From an uncultured delta proteobacterium (GTDB taxonomy: Bacteria > Desulfobacterota > Syntrophia > Syntrophales > Smithellaceae), in assembly GCA_963753975.1 (NCBI GenBank), contig CAVWEH010000001.1, forward strand, positions 32,001 to 96,000: a stretch of 64,000 bases of DNA. The letters are read 5' to 3'. The position numbers and the translations under genes were made by a program. Every line of letters begins with the position of its first letter. Position 1 is the stretch's first letter. Below the pieces are notes generated by a model. It saw only the letters and a program-made list of their open reading frames with translations, did no database searches and had not been told where the DNA came from. This document shows positions 51,852 to 62,502 of the stretch, in pieces.

Positions 51852-52358
51852 TCAAAGCCCTTGTTTCTTATATTTCTGGGCTAGTTCAATATTAAATGCA
51901 GAGGTTATTGTTATATAATCTTTTTGTTCCTGAGATAGTTTGCCTTTCACTTTGGCAGGCACACCCGCGGCCAACGATTCTGCGGGGAATTTCGTTTCTG
52001 GAGCAACTACGGAGCCGGCGGCGATAATGCAATAGTCTCCGATTTCAGCATTATCTAGGACAGTAGCATTGTTACCTATCAGAACATTACTACCGATTTT
52101 CTTGCAGTGGACGACAGCTCCGTGTCCCACGACCGTATTGTCTCCAATAATCATATCTGTGGCACTGTGCACTACGCAATTATCTTCGATGCAAGTGTTT
52201 TTACCTATGGTTATCTTGGCAATATCTCCCCTGATGACTGCCCCTGGCCAGATGTTAGCATTTTCACCAATTTCAACATCGCCGGCGATATAAGCAGTCT
52301 CACTCACGAATGCAGAAGCTGCTATTTGAGGATTCTTGCCATTGAAATCTCTTATCAT
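51852..52358 (-). CDS. Gamma-carbonic-anhydrase family (hexapeptide repeat) protein
   Basis: IAGDVEIG, IRGD, VVH...VGHGAVVH. Confidence 0.9.
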   Translation of the reverse strand: MIRDFNGKNPQIAASAFVSETAYIAGDVEIGENANIWPGAVIRGDIAKITIGKNTCIEDNCVVHSATDMIIGDNTVVGHGAVVHCKKIGSNVLIGNNATVLDNAEIGDYCIIAAGSVVAPETKFPAESLAAGVPAKVKGKLSQEQKDYITITSAFNIELAQKYKKQGL

Positions 52359-52466
52359 GGTTTGGCTCTTTAATAAGATGTAACTTTTAATGCAGGGAGT
52401 ATAGAGAAAAACGGTCTTGCATGTCAATTTAATATTGACGACAAAATGTGGGTTGCGGATTGTGTT

Positions 52467-52606
52467 TATAACGGATTGAAAGTTTGCATGTACATGAAAA
52501 ATGTTAAACGCTCACTTACAGGAAGAAATGCATGCTGAAAATACCTACTACTGTTTAGTCTTGCGTATTTATAATAACTAAGAATTATGGATCGGAAGAG
52601 AGTAAC
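52467..52606 (+). repeat. Full R+L junction of the bipartite site
   Basis: TTGAAA-N4-GCAT-N28-ACAGGAAGAA-N12-AATACCTAC-N34-AATTA-N4-TCGGAA-GAGAGTAAC. Confidence 0.72.
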
Positions 52607-52671
52607 AACGCAAATCAACCTTGAGGAGACCACGCAATGGGTTCCGAATAGGATGAATTTGCTTGTTGTGC
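52600..52671 (-). other. Integron attC site
   Basis: GCACAAC-AAGCA-AATTCATCC...GGTTGATTTGC-GTT-GTTACTC; cassette start TTGTGC (53027-53032) is complementary to this R'' box. Confidence 0.7.
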
Positions 52672-53019
52672 GGAATTTATCTTTTTTCGTGCTTTACGAT
52701 CATTAAGCAAATATATGACCATAGGAACCATGAGACCCAACACCCATCCACAAGGAATACCAATATCTAGCGAAAGAATTGCCCACCCCTCGGTCTCGAC
52801 TTCATCAAAAGGGCCGACAAATAAGTATATTACTAGACCAACAATAAGAGTTGCTATGACTGGACAGGCGAAAGTCCACGCATAGACAATTTTACATCGA
52901 CTGACGGACTTAAAATAAAAACCGGCGATTAGTCCCGGAATGACAAAGACCACCACACTAACAGGAAAAATTAATAGGGGGTTCGGTATCGTGTATAGAA
53001 TGTCTAAAATATGTTCCAT
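52615..53019 (-). CDS. Cassette-borne small membrane protein
   Basis: About three TM segments; C-terminus reads through the attC. Confidence 0.65.
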   Translation of the reverse strand: MEHILDILYTIPNPLLIFPVSVVVFVIPGLIAGFYFKSVSRCKIVYAWTFACPVIATLIVGLVIYLFVGPFDEVETEGWAILSLDIGIPCGWVLGLMVPMVIYLLNDRKARKKINSAQQANSSYSEPIAWSPQG

Positions 53020-53092
53020 ATTTCATGCACAAATATTAATATACGTGCTTCGCTTTTTCCGGTGAAAGGAAAAACAAGGAAAACTTATTCAA

Positions 53093-53237
53093 GATTATTG
53101 GTTGAAATCAAGCATTATTTTCAAGGGTGACGTTTTGCTGACTACAGGAAGAAGCAAATAATACTTACACCTACTAATCCACAGTATTTAGCAGTCGTCA
53201 AAATTGAGGATTACTGGTTGAAAAAAAAGAGAGTAAC
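53093..53237 (+). repeat. Full R+L junction of the bipartite site (best-preserved copy)
   Basis: GATTA-N4-TTGAAA-N4-GCAT-N28-ACAGGAAGAA-N12-TACACCTAC-N34-GATTA-N4-TTGAAA(A5)GAGAGTAAC. Confidence 0.75.
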
Positions 53238-53270
53238 GAGTGACCACTCACAAGCCCCGACTGGTTAGCG
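53231..53270 (-). other. Internally deleted attC remnant
   Basis: CGCTAACCAGTCG...CACTC-GTTACTC, only 40 bp. Confidence 0.4.
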
Positions 53271-53492
53271 GCTTATTAGAAGCTACCTTGGAGGTAGAAC
53301 CTCATATGTAAACATAACGCCATCATCATAATATTGATGAGCATGATACTTCCTGTTGCTTTTTATTGAAATAGATGCAAGGAATAACTTTCCAACATAC
53401 TTGTCAGTTACTTGGAACGTAGCTAAAAAATCTGTAAGAATAATATTAACAAGAAGAATGCGATTGACAATACGTTTTGGGAAATGCAGGCT

Positions 53493-54386
53493 TTATTTTG
53501 TATCTGCAATATCGATATACTTGGCATCAGGCCAGCGAAGTAATCCCATTATCAGGTGATACAATACGAAAAGCTCCATCGAAAAGGGAATGTAGCCGCA
53601 ATAGCCCAAGAGCGGCATCTCAAATATGTGCCAGAAATCAATATAGGGAATCGTGTATATCCACTTGGGGTATGACCAGAAATTCCACATTTCCCAAAAG
53701 AAGCCGCAGATGAGACTGCCCAGCCACAGAGATACAATGGGCCGCCAGTCGCCACGTTTTGTAAAATCAGTAATAGAGGGGTATTTGAGGATGATATTAA
53801 TCGGCTCAATGATAAAGAACACGGAAAGCCACATTAAAGGAAAAAAATATCGGGGCCATGCCAGAAGAACTGCGATCATCGAGGTCCCGAAAAGAAAAGA
53901 TGATACAATGGTTCTGCGAGTGGGATAAATCTTTGGCCCTTCACTGAATCTTCGTACACAGGAGAACGTACCGACTAACTCAGCGGTGCCAAAAAGGGCC
54001 GGCATGACCGTAGAAAAACTTACTGTAGCAAAAAGTGTATATTGAAGATTAGTGAAGCAATCACGACCCAGGTAGTGCCAGTTTTGTACCCGCCAGTTGA
54101 GAGCTTCAAAGAGCCACCAGGCAGGAACTGAAACGATAAATAAGCTCATAAACCACCAGATGTTTTTTCCCTCCTTGAAGCTACGCATCAGCAAGGATGT
54201 GCCCTTTCTCATCAGGACAAGTGCATCCACAACCAGAATGTAACCAAGCCATAAAGGAAAAAAGAGAAGGTGAGTGCGCAGCCCTGAAAAAAACCAGTTT
54301 GCAGGCCAGGCAAAGCTAATGAGGAAGAGGCCGATCCAGCCATGCACAGCAAAATCTTTCACGGAAATAAAATGTTTCATAGTCAT
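53493..54386 (-). CDS. Conserved-looking polytopic membrane protein
   Basis: Multiple TM segments; internally repeated WWLFE..N...NWHY / FFWEMWN...KWIY. Confidence 0.75.
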   Translation of the reverse strand: MTMKHFISVKDFAVHGWIGLFLISFAWPANWFFSGLRTHLLFFPLWLGYILVVDALVLMRKGTSLLMRSFKEGKNIWWFMSLFIVSVPAWWLFEALNWRVQNWHYLGRDCFTNLQYTLFATVSFSTVMPALFGTAELVGTFSCVRRFSEGPKIYPTRRTIVSSFLFGTSMIAVLLAWPRYFFPLMWLSVFFIIEPINIILKYPSITDFTKRGDWRPIVSLWLGSLICGFFWEMWNFWSYPKWIYTIPYIDFWHIFEMPLLGYCGYIPFSMELFVLYHLIMGLLRWPDAKYIDIADTK

Positions 54387-54595
54387 TCAGATTTCATGAC
54401 CTTCGACACACATTTGCTATACGATTAATCCGCAACGGTGTAGATCTTTACACTGTTCAGAAACTAGGTAGATGGAAGACAGTAACGATGGTTCAGCGGT
54501 ACGCCCATCATCACCCGGAAAGTCTGAGAGCTGCTATTGAAATGATTGATGAGATCAAAGAGCCGATTATCACAAATTTATCACAATCAGTCTAA
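54383..54595 (+). pseudogene. C-terminal remnant of a phage-type tyrosine integrase
   Basis: Reads FRFHDLRHTFAIRLIRNGVDLYTVQKLGRWKTVTMVQRYAHHHPESL...*; HxxR, W and catalytic Y present; no start codon. Confidence 0.88.
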
Positions 54596-54644
54596 AAACG
54601 AAAAAATTTTTATAACGCTAAACGTAGAAAACCCTTGATTCTAC

Positions 54645-54731
54645 TGGTGCCGGAGGTCGGAATCGAACCGACATGTCCTTGCGAACGGGGGATTTTGAGT
54701 CCCCTGCGTCTACCAGTTTCACCACTCCGGC
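54645..54731 (-). tRNA. tRNA-Leu(CAA)
   Basis: GCCGGAGTGGTG...GGACTCAAAATCC...GGTTCGATTCC...ACCA. Confidence 0.96.
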
Positions 54732-54741
54732 ACGGGCAGCG

Positions 54742-54769
54742 ATTATATAGTCGGCAGAAAGAAAGTCAA
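54742..54769 (-). promoter_or_regulatory. Sigma70 promoter of tRNA-Leu
   Basis: TTGACT-N16-TATAAT. Confidence 0.7.
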
Positions 54770-54836
54770 GCTAAAATCTGTTGACAAGCAATTAATGCCT
54801 GTGTTAAGGGGGCTGCACAATTTATCAAGGCGTATT

Positions 54837-54912
54837 GGGGCTGTAGCTCAGCTGGGAGAGCGCTTGAATGGCATTCAAGAGGCCAGCGGTTCGATCCCGC
54901 TCAGCTCCACCA
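54837..54912 (+). tRNA. tRNA-Ala(GGC)
   Basis: GGGGCTGTAGCTCAG...TGAATGGCATTCA...CTCCACCA. Confidence 0.97.
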
Positions 54913-54951
54913 ATAATTAAAGAGAAGGGTTAGTTTTGGCACTTCCCTTTT

Positions 54952-55182
54952 AGTGAGACTCAAGTTTCAGGAACGAAGTGAACTGAAACTGCAAGTGAAA
55001 TCAATGAAACTCAAATTTCCAAAACGTAGTGTATGGAAATTTGCTAGTTGAATTGATCCCGCGAGCGAAGCGAGTAGGGATTAATGACACATCTCTTTTT
55101 CAGGAACAAAGTGAATAACCTAATAACCTGAAGGTCACAAGAGGTCACTCATGCTGAAACTTGCTAGTTGAATTGATCCGCC
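54952..55182 (+). repeat. Cluster of REP-like palindromic units
   Basis: Three TGA(G/A)ACTCAAR...hairpin...CTAGTTGAA-type units plus ATCCCGCGAGCGAAGCGAGTAGGGAT. Confidence 0.8.
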
Positions 55183-55235
55183 ATACCTTACCTTAAAGGA
55201 CACACGTAGGCGAAGGGTTCCATAGATACTTGTGA

Positions 55236-56834
55236 TTATAAATCTTTTGCTTCCTTTTTGATATTGATTCTTTTCTCCTTAATCATGGCCATTTTATTGC
55301 CCTCCAACCATGCCTGCATAGCTTCTTCTCTTTTGATGGAGGCAAATATCTTTTTATAGGAATCTTTTTTTGATTCAAAATCTTTCATATCCAGTTTGCT
55401 CAAATCCTTGAGCTTTAATACGACATAAGAATTATTGATGACCAACGGCCTTTCTGCGTACGGTTTCCGGATAGAAAGCTGATAAAGAGTTTCGGCCGCG
55501 TCCTGATTAAATCCCAACTTGGGGATTGTGTTGCCCGGCATAAAGAATCCCGTTTCATTAATTTTCAACCCTTTTTCTCGGGCGATTTTATCGAAAGATT
55601 CTCCCGATTTTGCCCGATCCAAAATCGTTTCCGCTTCCCTTCCGGCCAGCATATTCTTTTCGCTTTCAATAAAATTAGTTTTTACTTCATTTTCTATATC
55701 TTTGAGTTTCGGTAAATAAGCCGGTTTTTTATCGATAACTTTTAAAAGGTAATAACCGTTTTCAGCAACAATAATTTTACTGATATCGTTTTTCTGCATA
55801 TCCAAAAGCACAGCGGCAAAATCTTTCAGAGAGGCAAATTCTTTCGGTGGTTTATTAAGAGGAAAAAATTCCACATTATAAATCTTTAAATTATTTTTAT
55901 TGCTATAGACATCAAAATTATCTTCTTGGTAGATAATGTCATGAGCCTTTTTGGCTTCTTTGTAAGCGTTTTGCATTCCTCTTGTTTTTTTGAATTCTTT
56001 GATGATGATATTCCTGGCATCGGTCAGCGATAATTGTTTGCCGTCCTTTTTTCTATACTTGTCTCTGTCGCGATTGTAATAATCACGGATATCGGAATCG
56101 CTGATACCGCCCGGTGAATATGCATCAGAGGAAAAATATAGATATTTAATTTTTACCTGTTCGGGACGGCGAAATAAGTTGCTGTTGTTACTTAAATAGT
56201 TTTCCAATTCCGCCGACGTGGGCGTGATTTTCTTGTTCACGTTTTTACCGGAAATTTGCACAAAATTTACGTTGATTTTTTGATTTTGTAAAACGTAAAT
56301 GTCGTAAATTTCCTTGTCGGAAACCTTAATGCCTTCGCGAATAATTGCTTCAATTTTACTGGCCATTAGGTTAACTTTTTGTTGAGCTTCAAAATCTTCG
56401 GCAGAAGATCTGTTATAGCGCAGCATTTGCCGATATTTGCGTTCATCAAACACTCCGTTTGTTTGCAGAGCCGGTATATTTAAAATCATATTTCTTAATT
56501 CTTCATCGGAGACCTGAACCTTTAAATCCGCGGCTTTGGCAATGATAACTTGCTGGTTAATCAGGCTATTGTATGCCCTTTGTTTAAGATCCATTTTCTG
56601 CAGTATCTCCGGAGAAAGATTTGCGCCGTAACGTATTTTCACCATATCCAGTAATTTTTCGTATTCATTGCGAAATTCTGTTTCGGTGATTGTTTTTCCG
56701 TCAATTATGGCTATTACATGTGCCGAATCTCTGCCTCTCGTTGAACCGAAATAAAGGACAAAAACGAAAATGATTACTCCCAGTATGATGTACATTACCC
56801 AACTGCGCGCGTTTCTACGCAAAAATCTCAGCAT
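55236..56834 (-). CDS. ppiD: PpiD/SurA N-terminal domain chaperone
   Basis: MLRFLRR + TM, VSDEEL, NGVFD, PEQVKIKY; central parvulin domain appears reduced. Confidence 0.8.
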   Translation of the reverse strand: MLRFLRRNARSWVMYIILGVIIFVFVLYFGSTRGRDSAHVIAIIDGKTITETEFRNEYEKLLDMVKIRYGANLSPEILQKMDLKQRAYNSLINQQVIIAKAADLKVQVSDEELRNMILNIPALQTNGVFDERKYRQMLRYNRSSAEDFEAQQKVNLMASKIEAIIREGIKVSDKEIYDIYVLQNQKINVNFVQISGKNVNKKITPTSAELENYLSNNSNLFRRPEQVKIKYLYFSSDAYSPGGISDSDIRDYYNRDRDKYRKKDGKQLSLTDARNIIIKEFKKTRGMQNAYKEAKKAHDIIYQEDNFDVYSNKNNLKIYNVEFFPLNKPPKEFASLKDFAAVLLDMQKNDISKIIVAENGYYLLKVIDKKPAYLPKLKDIENEVKTNFIESEKNMLAGREAETILDRAKSGESFDKIAREKGLKINETGFFMPGNTIPKLGFNQDAAETLYQLSIRKPYAERPLVINNSYVVLKLKDLSKLDMKDFESKKDSYKKIFASIKREEAMQAWLEGNKMAMIKEKRINIKKEAKDL

Positions 56835-57023
56835 AAATTCACCTCGAAAGGATAATTAGTTTTACCCGCTAGCAACTAAGACTCGCGTTTTTCTATTACA
56901 GTCACTTATAAAAAGCAAACATAATTTAAAAAGGCGTTGATTAGGGCCAGGAAATACGGTATAGAAAAAACCTTCGCCAAAGAGCAAATTATATCATTTC
57001 GTGTAAAAAAGACTGGAGGATAA

Positions 57024-58061
<1,038 letters not shown>

Positions 58062-58155
58062 AAGTATCTGGTGATAAAATGGGCTCTCTATACCTTCATA
58101 TACGGTAATCAGCGTTTGCAGTGGTTTTATGATTATTTCCCTATTCGGGTAAAAA

Positions 58156-58983
58156 ATGTTTTTTTTAAGAAATTATAGGACTGTTATTTTTGTTACTGCT
58201 CTTCTTATCGTAGCCCTGGTTATGCTATCCTACGGCGTTAAGTATGATACAGGCGGAGGATTTTTCAGAAAAGTCGTGCTAGAAGCAACCGCGCCCGTGC
58301 AAAAAGTTTCGAGTATTTCCGTCAAAAGTGTAAGTGATGCCTGGCTGCGCTATATTTTTCTTGTCGGTCTGGAAGAAGAAAATAAAAATTTAAACAAAAA
58401 AATTAATGAACTCAAAGCGGAAATTGTTTTATATGAAGAAGGTTATCTGGAGGCGCAGAGACTCAGGAAACTTCTCGCTCTTAGAGATGATTATAATTAT
58501 CGTTTTGTTTCCGCCGAGGTTATCGGTAAAGAGCAGGCTGCCCTATCCAAAACGATATTGATCAACAAAGGCACCTCTGATGGCCTCAAAATAGGCATGC
58601 CGGTTATGGCGCCTCCCGGATTAGTCGGCCGCTTGATTGATGTTTCCTGGCATGTTTCCAAAGTACTGCTGCTTATTGATGAAAACAATAATATGGGCGC
58701 CATGTTACAGAGAACGCGAACACAAGGAATTGTCAGCGGTGCAGGCTCCCGCGGATGCATTTTAAAATATATTTACAAAAATCAAGATGTTAAAGAAGGG
58801 GATCCCGTTATTTCATCCGGCATGGGGGGTATATTCCCCAAAGGTTTGTTAATCGGCAAGGTCAGTTATGTCCAAAAGCAAGATGCCGGGCTATTTTTGA
58901 AAATTAATATTGCTCCATTTGTTGATTTTGCCAAATTGGAAGAAGTTTTGGTCTTAGCTTCCGCGGAACAGGGAAGTAAATAA
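58156..58983 (+). CDS. mreC: Rod shape-determining protein MreC
   Basis: TM + coiled coil, INKG, GLVGR, SSGMGGIFPKG. Confidence 0.94.
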   Translation: MFFLRNYRTVIFVTALLIVALVMLSYGVKYDTGGGFFRKVVLEATAPVQKVSSISVKSVSDAWLRYIFLVGLEEENKNLNKKINELKAEIVLYEEGYLEAQRLRKLLALRDDYNYRFVSAEVIGKEQAALSKTILINKGTSDGLKIGMPVMAPPGLVGRLIDVSWHVSKVLLLIDENNNMGAMLQRTRTQGIVSGAGSRGCILKYIYKNQDVKEGDPVISSGMGGIFPKGLLIGKVSYVQKQDAGLFLKINIAPFVDFAKLEEVLVLASAEQGSK

Positions 58984-58985
58984 CA

Positions 58986-59525
58986 ATGCTTTATTATTTA
59001 TCGCTCCCCTTTTTATCAATATTACTGGTAGTAGTGCAAACAACTATCGCCGACATAATATTTTCCGGCCGTCTGGTGGTAGAATTATCTCTAATTGCTG
59101 TCATTTACGCCGGATTCAGGCTTGATTTAATCAGGGGATCAATCTTCGCCTTCATTCTTGGGTTTGTATTTGATTGTGTCGCGGGTTCGGTAATCGGATT
59201 ATTTACTTTTGTTTATGTAGTCATTTTTCTATGCTCATTTCTTGCTTCTTTCCGGATGGCTGCCGAAAAAATGTATTTCATTGCCTTGTTTAGTTTCATT
59301 TGTGCTTTCCTGGAGGAAATTTTGGTGATCTTGTTTTATAATATATTTTTTAAATTTGATATATTGGCAAATATTCCTTTTATTTTTTTACCGCAGGCCT
59401 TAGTGGTGGGCCTTGTTGCACCAGTATTTTTTTATCTGATACATCGGTTAGAGGTATTGCTCTATGGAAAACCGCTTAAACTTGCTGAACGGACAGGAAA
59501 CGTCCGAATTTCGGCAGAAGTTTAA
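58986..59525 (+). CDS. mreD: Rod shape-determining protein MreD
   Basis: Hydrophobic; located between mreC and mrdA. Confidence 0.85.
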   Translation: MLYYLSLPFLSILLVVVQTTIADIIFSGRLVVELSLIAVIYAGFRLDLIRGSIFAFILGFVFDCVAGSVIGLFTFVYVVIFLCSFLASFRMAAEKMYFIALFSFICAFLEEILVILFYNIFFKFDILANIPFIFLPQALVVGLVAPVFFYLIHRLEVLLYGKPLKLAERTGNVRISAEV

Positions 59526-61347
59526 AATCTTTTTCATTTTATTGTTGATCATCTTCTCCGTTTTGTTGATCAGGCTTTGGTATCTACAAGTTATCAAGGG
59601 AGGAGAATTGAAGCAAAAATCGGAAATAAATTCCGTTCGTTTTCGTAAAATTACACCTTTGCGCGGCCTGATTATGGATAGAAACGGACGCTTGCTGGTG
59701 GATAATCTTCCTTCCTTTGATGTCGTTTACATACCCGGTAAAGTGAAAGATCAAGAGCAGTTAATCGAAAAACTCAAAATCCTGTATAAAAAGAAATCCC
59801 TCCAATTTGTTCTTGACCAACACTTTCCCAAAATAGTGAAACCATATTTGCCGATAAAATTGGAAAAGAACGTGGGTATGGAAAAAGTTGCCTTGGTGGA
59901 AACCAATTCCATGGATCTGCCGGGCGTCTACATAGATGTTTCACCCGTCCGCTTATATCTCAATGGAGAGATGATGGCACCGGTAATTGGCTATACAGGG
60001 GAAGCCAGCAAAGAGGAGTTGGAAGAAGGTGATCAAGAATACACTTACGGCGATATTTTAGGAAAACATGGCGTGGAAAAAGCCCTTGACGCCTATATCC
60101 GCGGCCGCAACGGCGCGGAGCTGGTGGAAGTAAATGCTTACGACAAAGAAATAAAAAATTTGGGTCGAATCGAACCTGTCCCCGGTTATAATGCCGTGTT
60201 GACCATCGATGCTGATTTGCAGAAGGCTGCCTGGCAAGAATTTAAAGGAAAAGCCGGCGCGGCGGTTGTCTTGGATCCACGCGATGGTTCGGTATTGGCC
60301 ATGGTGAGTTCCCCTTCCTTCGATCCTCATTTATTCAATAGCGGGATTTCTTACAATCAATGGGATAAACTGCAAAACAGCCCGCTGGCTCCTATGTCCA
60401 ACAGGGCGATATCCGGTCAATATCCTCCTGGTTCGACTTACAAACTAATAGTTGCCGCCGCTGCTTTGGAAGAGGGCATCATCACCCCCGACACAAAATT
60501 CTTTTGTAACGGATATTTTAAAATGGGTAATAAAACCTTTCGTTGCTGGAAAAAGACCGGGCACGGTTATATAAGCCTGCATAGGGCCATTGTCGAATCA
60601 TGTGATGTCTATTTTTATAATGTCGGCAAATTGTTGGGCCCGGACAAGATAGCAAAATACGCCAAGCTTTTTGGTTTAGGAGATGCAAGCGGCATCGATT
60701 TACCCAACGAAAAAAACGGAATTGTGCCGACGGAACAATGGAAATTGGCTAGAGTGCAAGAGCCCTGGCAGCCCGGTGAAACTATATCCATAGCCATCGG
60801 GCAGGGCTACGATTTGGTTACCCCGCTGCAGTTGGTTAACGCTTACAGCTCTTTTGCTAACGGGGGTACAGTATGGCAGCCGCGTTTAATAAAACGTATC
60901 GAATCAATAGACGGTAAGACCTACAAAGAATTTCCGCCGGTAAAAATCGGAAATCTTACCTTAAGCAAGAAAACCTTCGATATTTTGAGCGAGGCCTTAT
61001 GGGGTGTAGTGAATGAGCAGGGCGGTACCGGAGGAGCTGCCAGGATACTGAATGCTGACGTTTGCGGCAAGACCGGAACTGCACAAGTTATCAGCTTACC
61101 GGAAAATGAAAGAGGGCGCCGCCAGAGAAAACCCGGTGTTTTGATAAAAGATCACGCTTTGTTTGTCGGTTACGCGCCATTAAAAAATCCGGAAATAGCT
61201 GTCGCGGTAGTTGTGGAAAATGCCGGTCATGGCGGTTCGGTTGCTGCTCCGATCGCCCGTAAGATTTTTGAAGCTTATTTTGAAGAAAAAGCAAAACAGC
61301 CGAAAGTTACGGCGCAAAACCTAACAGCAAATAAACTAAATCCGTGA
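59464..61347 (+). CDS. mrdA: Penicillin-binding protein 2
   Basis: PGSTYK, SCD, GKTGT. Confidence 0.95.
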   Translation: MENRLNLLNGQETSEFRQKFKIFFILLLIIFSVLLIRLWYLQVIKGGELKQKSEINSVRFRKITPLRGLIMDRNGRLLVDNLPSFDVVYIPGKVKDQEQLIEKLKILYKKKSLQFVLDQHFPKIVKPYLPIKLEKNVGMEKVALVETNSMDLPGVYIDVSPVRLYLNGEMMAPVIGYTGEASKEELEEGDQEYTYGDILGKHGVEKALDAYIRGRNGAELVEVNAYDKEIKNLGRIEPVPGYNAVLTIDADLQKAAWQEFKGKAGAAVVLDPRDGSVLAMVSSPSFDPHLFNSGISYNQWDKLQNSPLAPMSNRAISGQYPPGSTYKLIVAAAALEEGIITPDTKFFCNGYFKMGNKTFRCWKKTGHGYISLHRAIVESCDVYFYNVGKLLGPDKIAKYAKLFGLGDASGIDLPNEKNGIVPTEQWKLARVQEPWQPGETISIAIGQGYDLVTPLQLVNAYSSFANGGTVWQPRLIKRIESIDGKTYKEFPPVKIGNLTLSKKTFDILSEALWGVVNEQGGTGGAARILNADVCGKTGTAQVISLPENERGRRQRKPGVLIKDHALFVGYAPLKNPEIAVAVVVENAGHGGSVAAPIARKIFEAYFEEKAKQPKVTAQNLTANKLNP

Positions 61348-61386
61348 TTATTACATGTCTGGTGTTTATAATATTCAGGAGAACCG

Positions 61387-62502
61387 ATGATTTTTTTAAA
61401 ATTTGACCGCCGCATTTTCCAGAATTTCGACTGGACGCTGATGATACTCGTACTATCCATTTGCACCATCGGCATTTTAAATATTTATTCCGCAGGTTAT
61501 GCCGTCGGCGAAAGGCAATTTCCTTTTTATCTTAAGCAAATTCAGTGGATCGCGCTTGGATTAATAATAATGATGGTTATTTTTTTCATCGATTACCGCT
61601 TAATTAGCAAAGGCGCTTATGTAATTTACGGCATTTCCATAGTACTTCTCGCCCTGGTATATATTTATGGTTATACAATGCACGGCTCACAAAGGTGGCT
61701 CGCTTTAGGTGGCTTTGTCTTTCAGCCTTCGGAGTTAGTGAAGCTGACAATAATAATTGCTTTGGCGCGCTATTTTGACGATCATAAATCCAATGAACCT
61801 TACAAATTAAAAGAGCTCTTTGTACCTTTTCTAATCGTCATCGTTCCTTTTTTAATGATACTGAAACAGCCGGATTTAGGCACGGCATTAATCATTATGA
61901 TTATTTTCGTTTCCATTATTTTTTTTGTAGGAGTTGATTGGAAATCCTTTCTCATTGCTCTAGCCGGGGGATTAATCTTAATTCCCACAGGATGGTTTTT
62001 TTTGAAAGATTATCAAAAAGAGAGATTGATTACTTTTTTTAATCCGGAAAATGATCCTTTAGGTTCCGGATATCACATTATTCAATCTATGATAGCTGTA
62101 GGTTCGGGGGGATTTTTTGGCAAGGGTTTTTTAAATGGTTCACAAACACAATTAAAATTTTTACCTGAGCAGCAGACTGATTTTGTATTTTCCGTTTTTG
62201 CTGAAGAGTGGGGTTTTATTGGCGGGATGATTTTGATCATCATGTTTATTTCGCTTATCTTTTGGGGGCTAAAAATTGCCTTGCATGCCAGAGATTTATT
62301 AGGCACGATTATAGCGTTCGGAATAACAGCCCTTATTTCGTGGGAAGTTTTTATCAACATAGGAATGGTTTTGGGGATGTTGCCGGTAGTTGGTATTCCG
62401 CTTCCTTTTTTGAGTTACGGCGGTTCGGCAATGATTGCTTTAATGACGGCGATCGGGCTGTTAATGAATATCAATGTACGAAAATTTATTTTGCAGCGCT
62501 AG
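61387..62502 (+). CDS. rodA: Rod shape-determining protein RodA
   Basis: FQPSE, KQPDLGT, TDF, LPFLSYGGS. Confidence 0.96.
   Translation: MIFLKFDRRIFQNFDWTLMILVLSICTIGILNIYSAGYAVGERQFPFYLKQIQWIALGLIIMMVIFFIDYRLISKGAYVIYGISIVLLALVYIYGYTMHGSQRWLALGGFVFQPSELVKLTIIIALARYFDDHKSNEPYKLKELFVPFLIVIVPFLMILKQPDLGTALIIMIIFVSIIFFVGVDWKSFLIALAGGLILIPTGWFFLKDYQKERLITFFNPENDPLGSGYHIIQSMIAVGSGGFFGKGFLNGSQTQLKFLPEQQTDFVFSVFAEEWGFIGGMILIIMFISLIFWGLKIALHARDLLGTIIAFGITALISWEVFINIGMVLGMLPVVGIPLPFLSYGGSAMIALMTAIGLLMNINVRKFILQR

Noticed and set aside
53347..53400. Inverted R half-site or TIR pairing with 53144
   Set aside because: TACTTCCTGT matches but the arm box is 3 bp off; too weak to call, worth rescoring with a profile.
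54383..54595. Remnant as the integron integrase intI
   Set aside because: Motifs (GVDLYTVQKLGRW, RYAH) are phage-integrase-like rather than IntI-like (DIRTVQELLGH, IYTH), and it abuts a tRNA.
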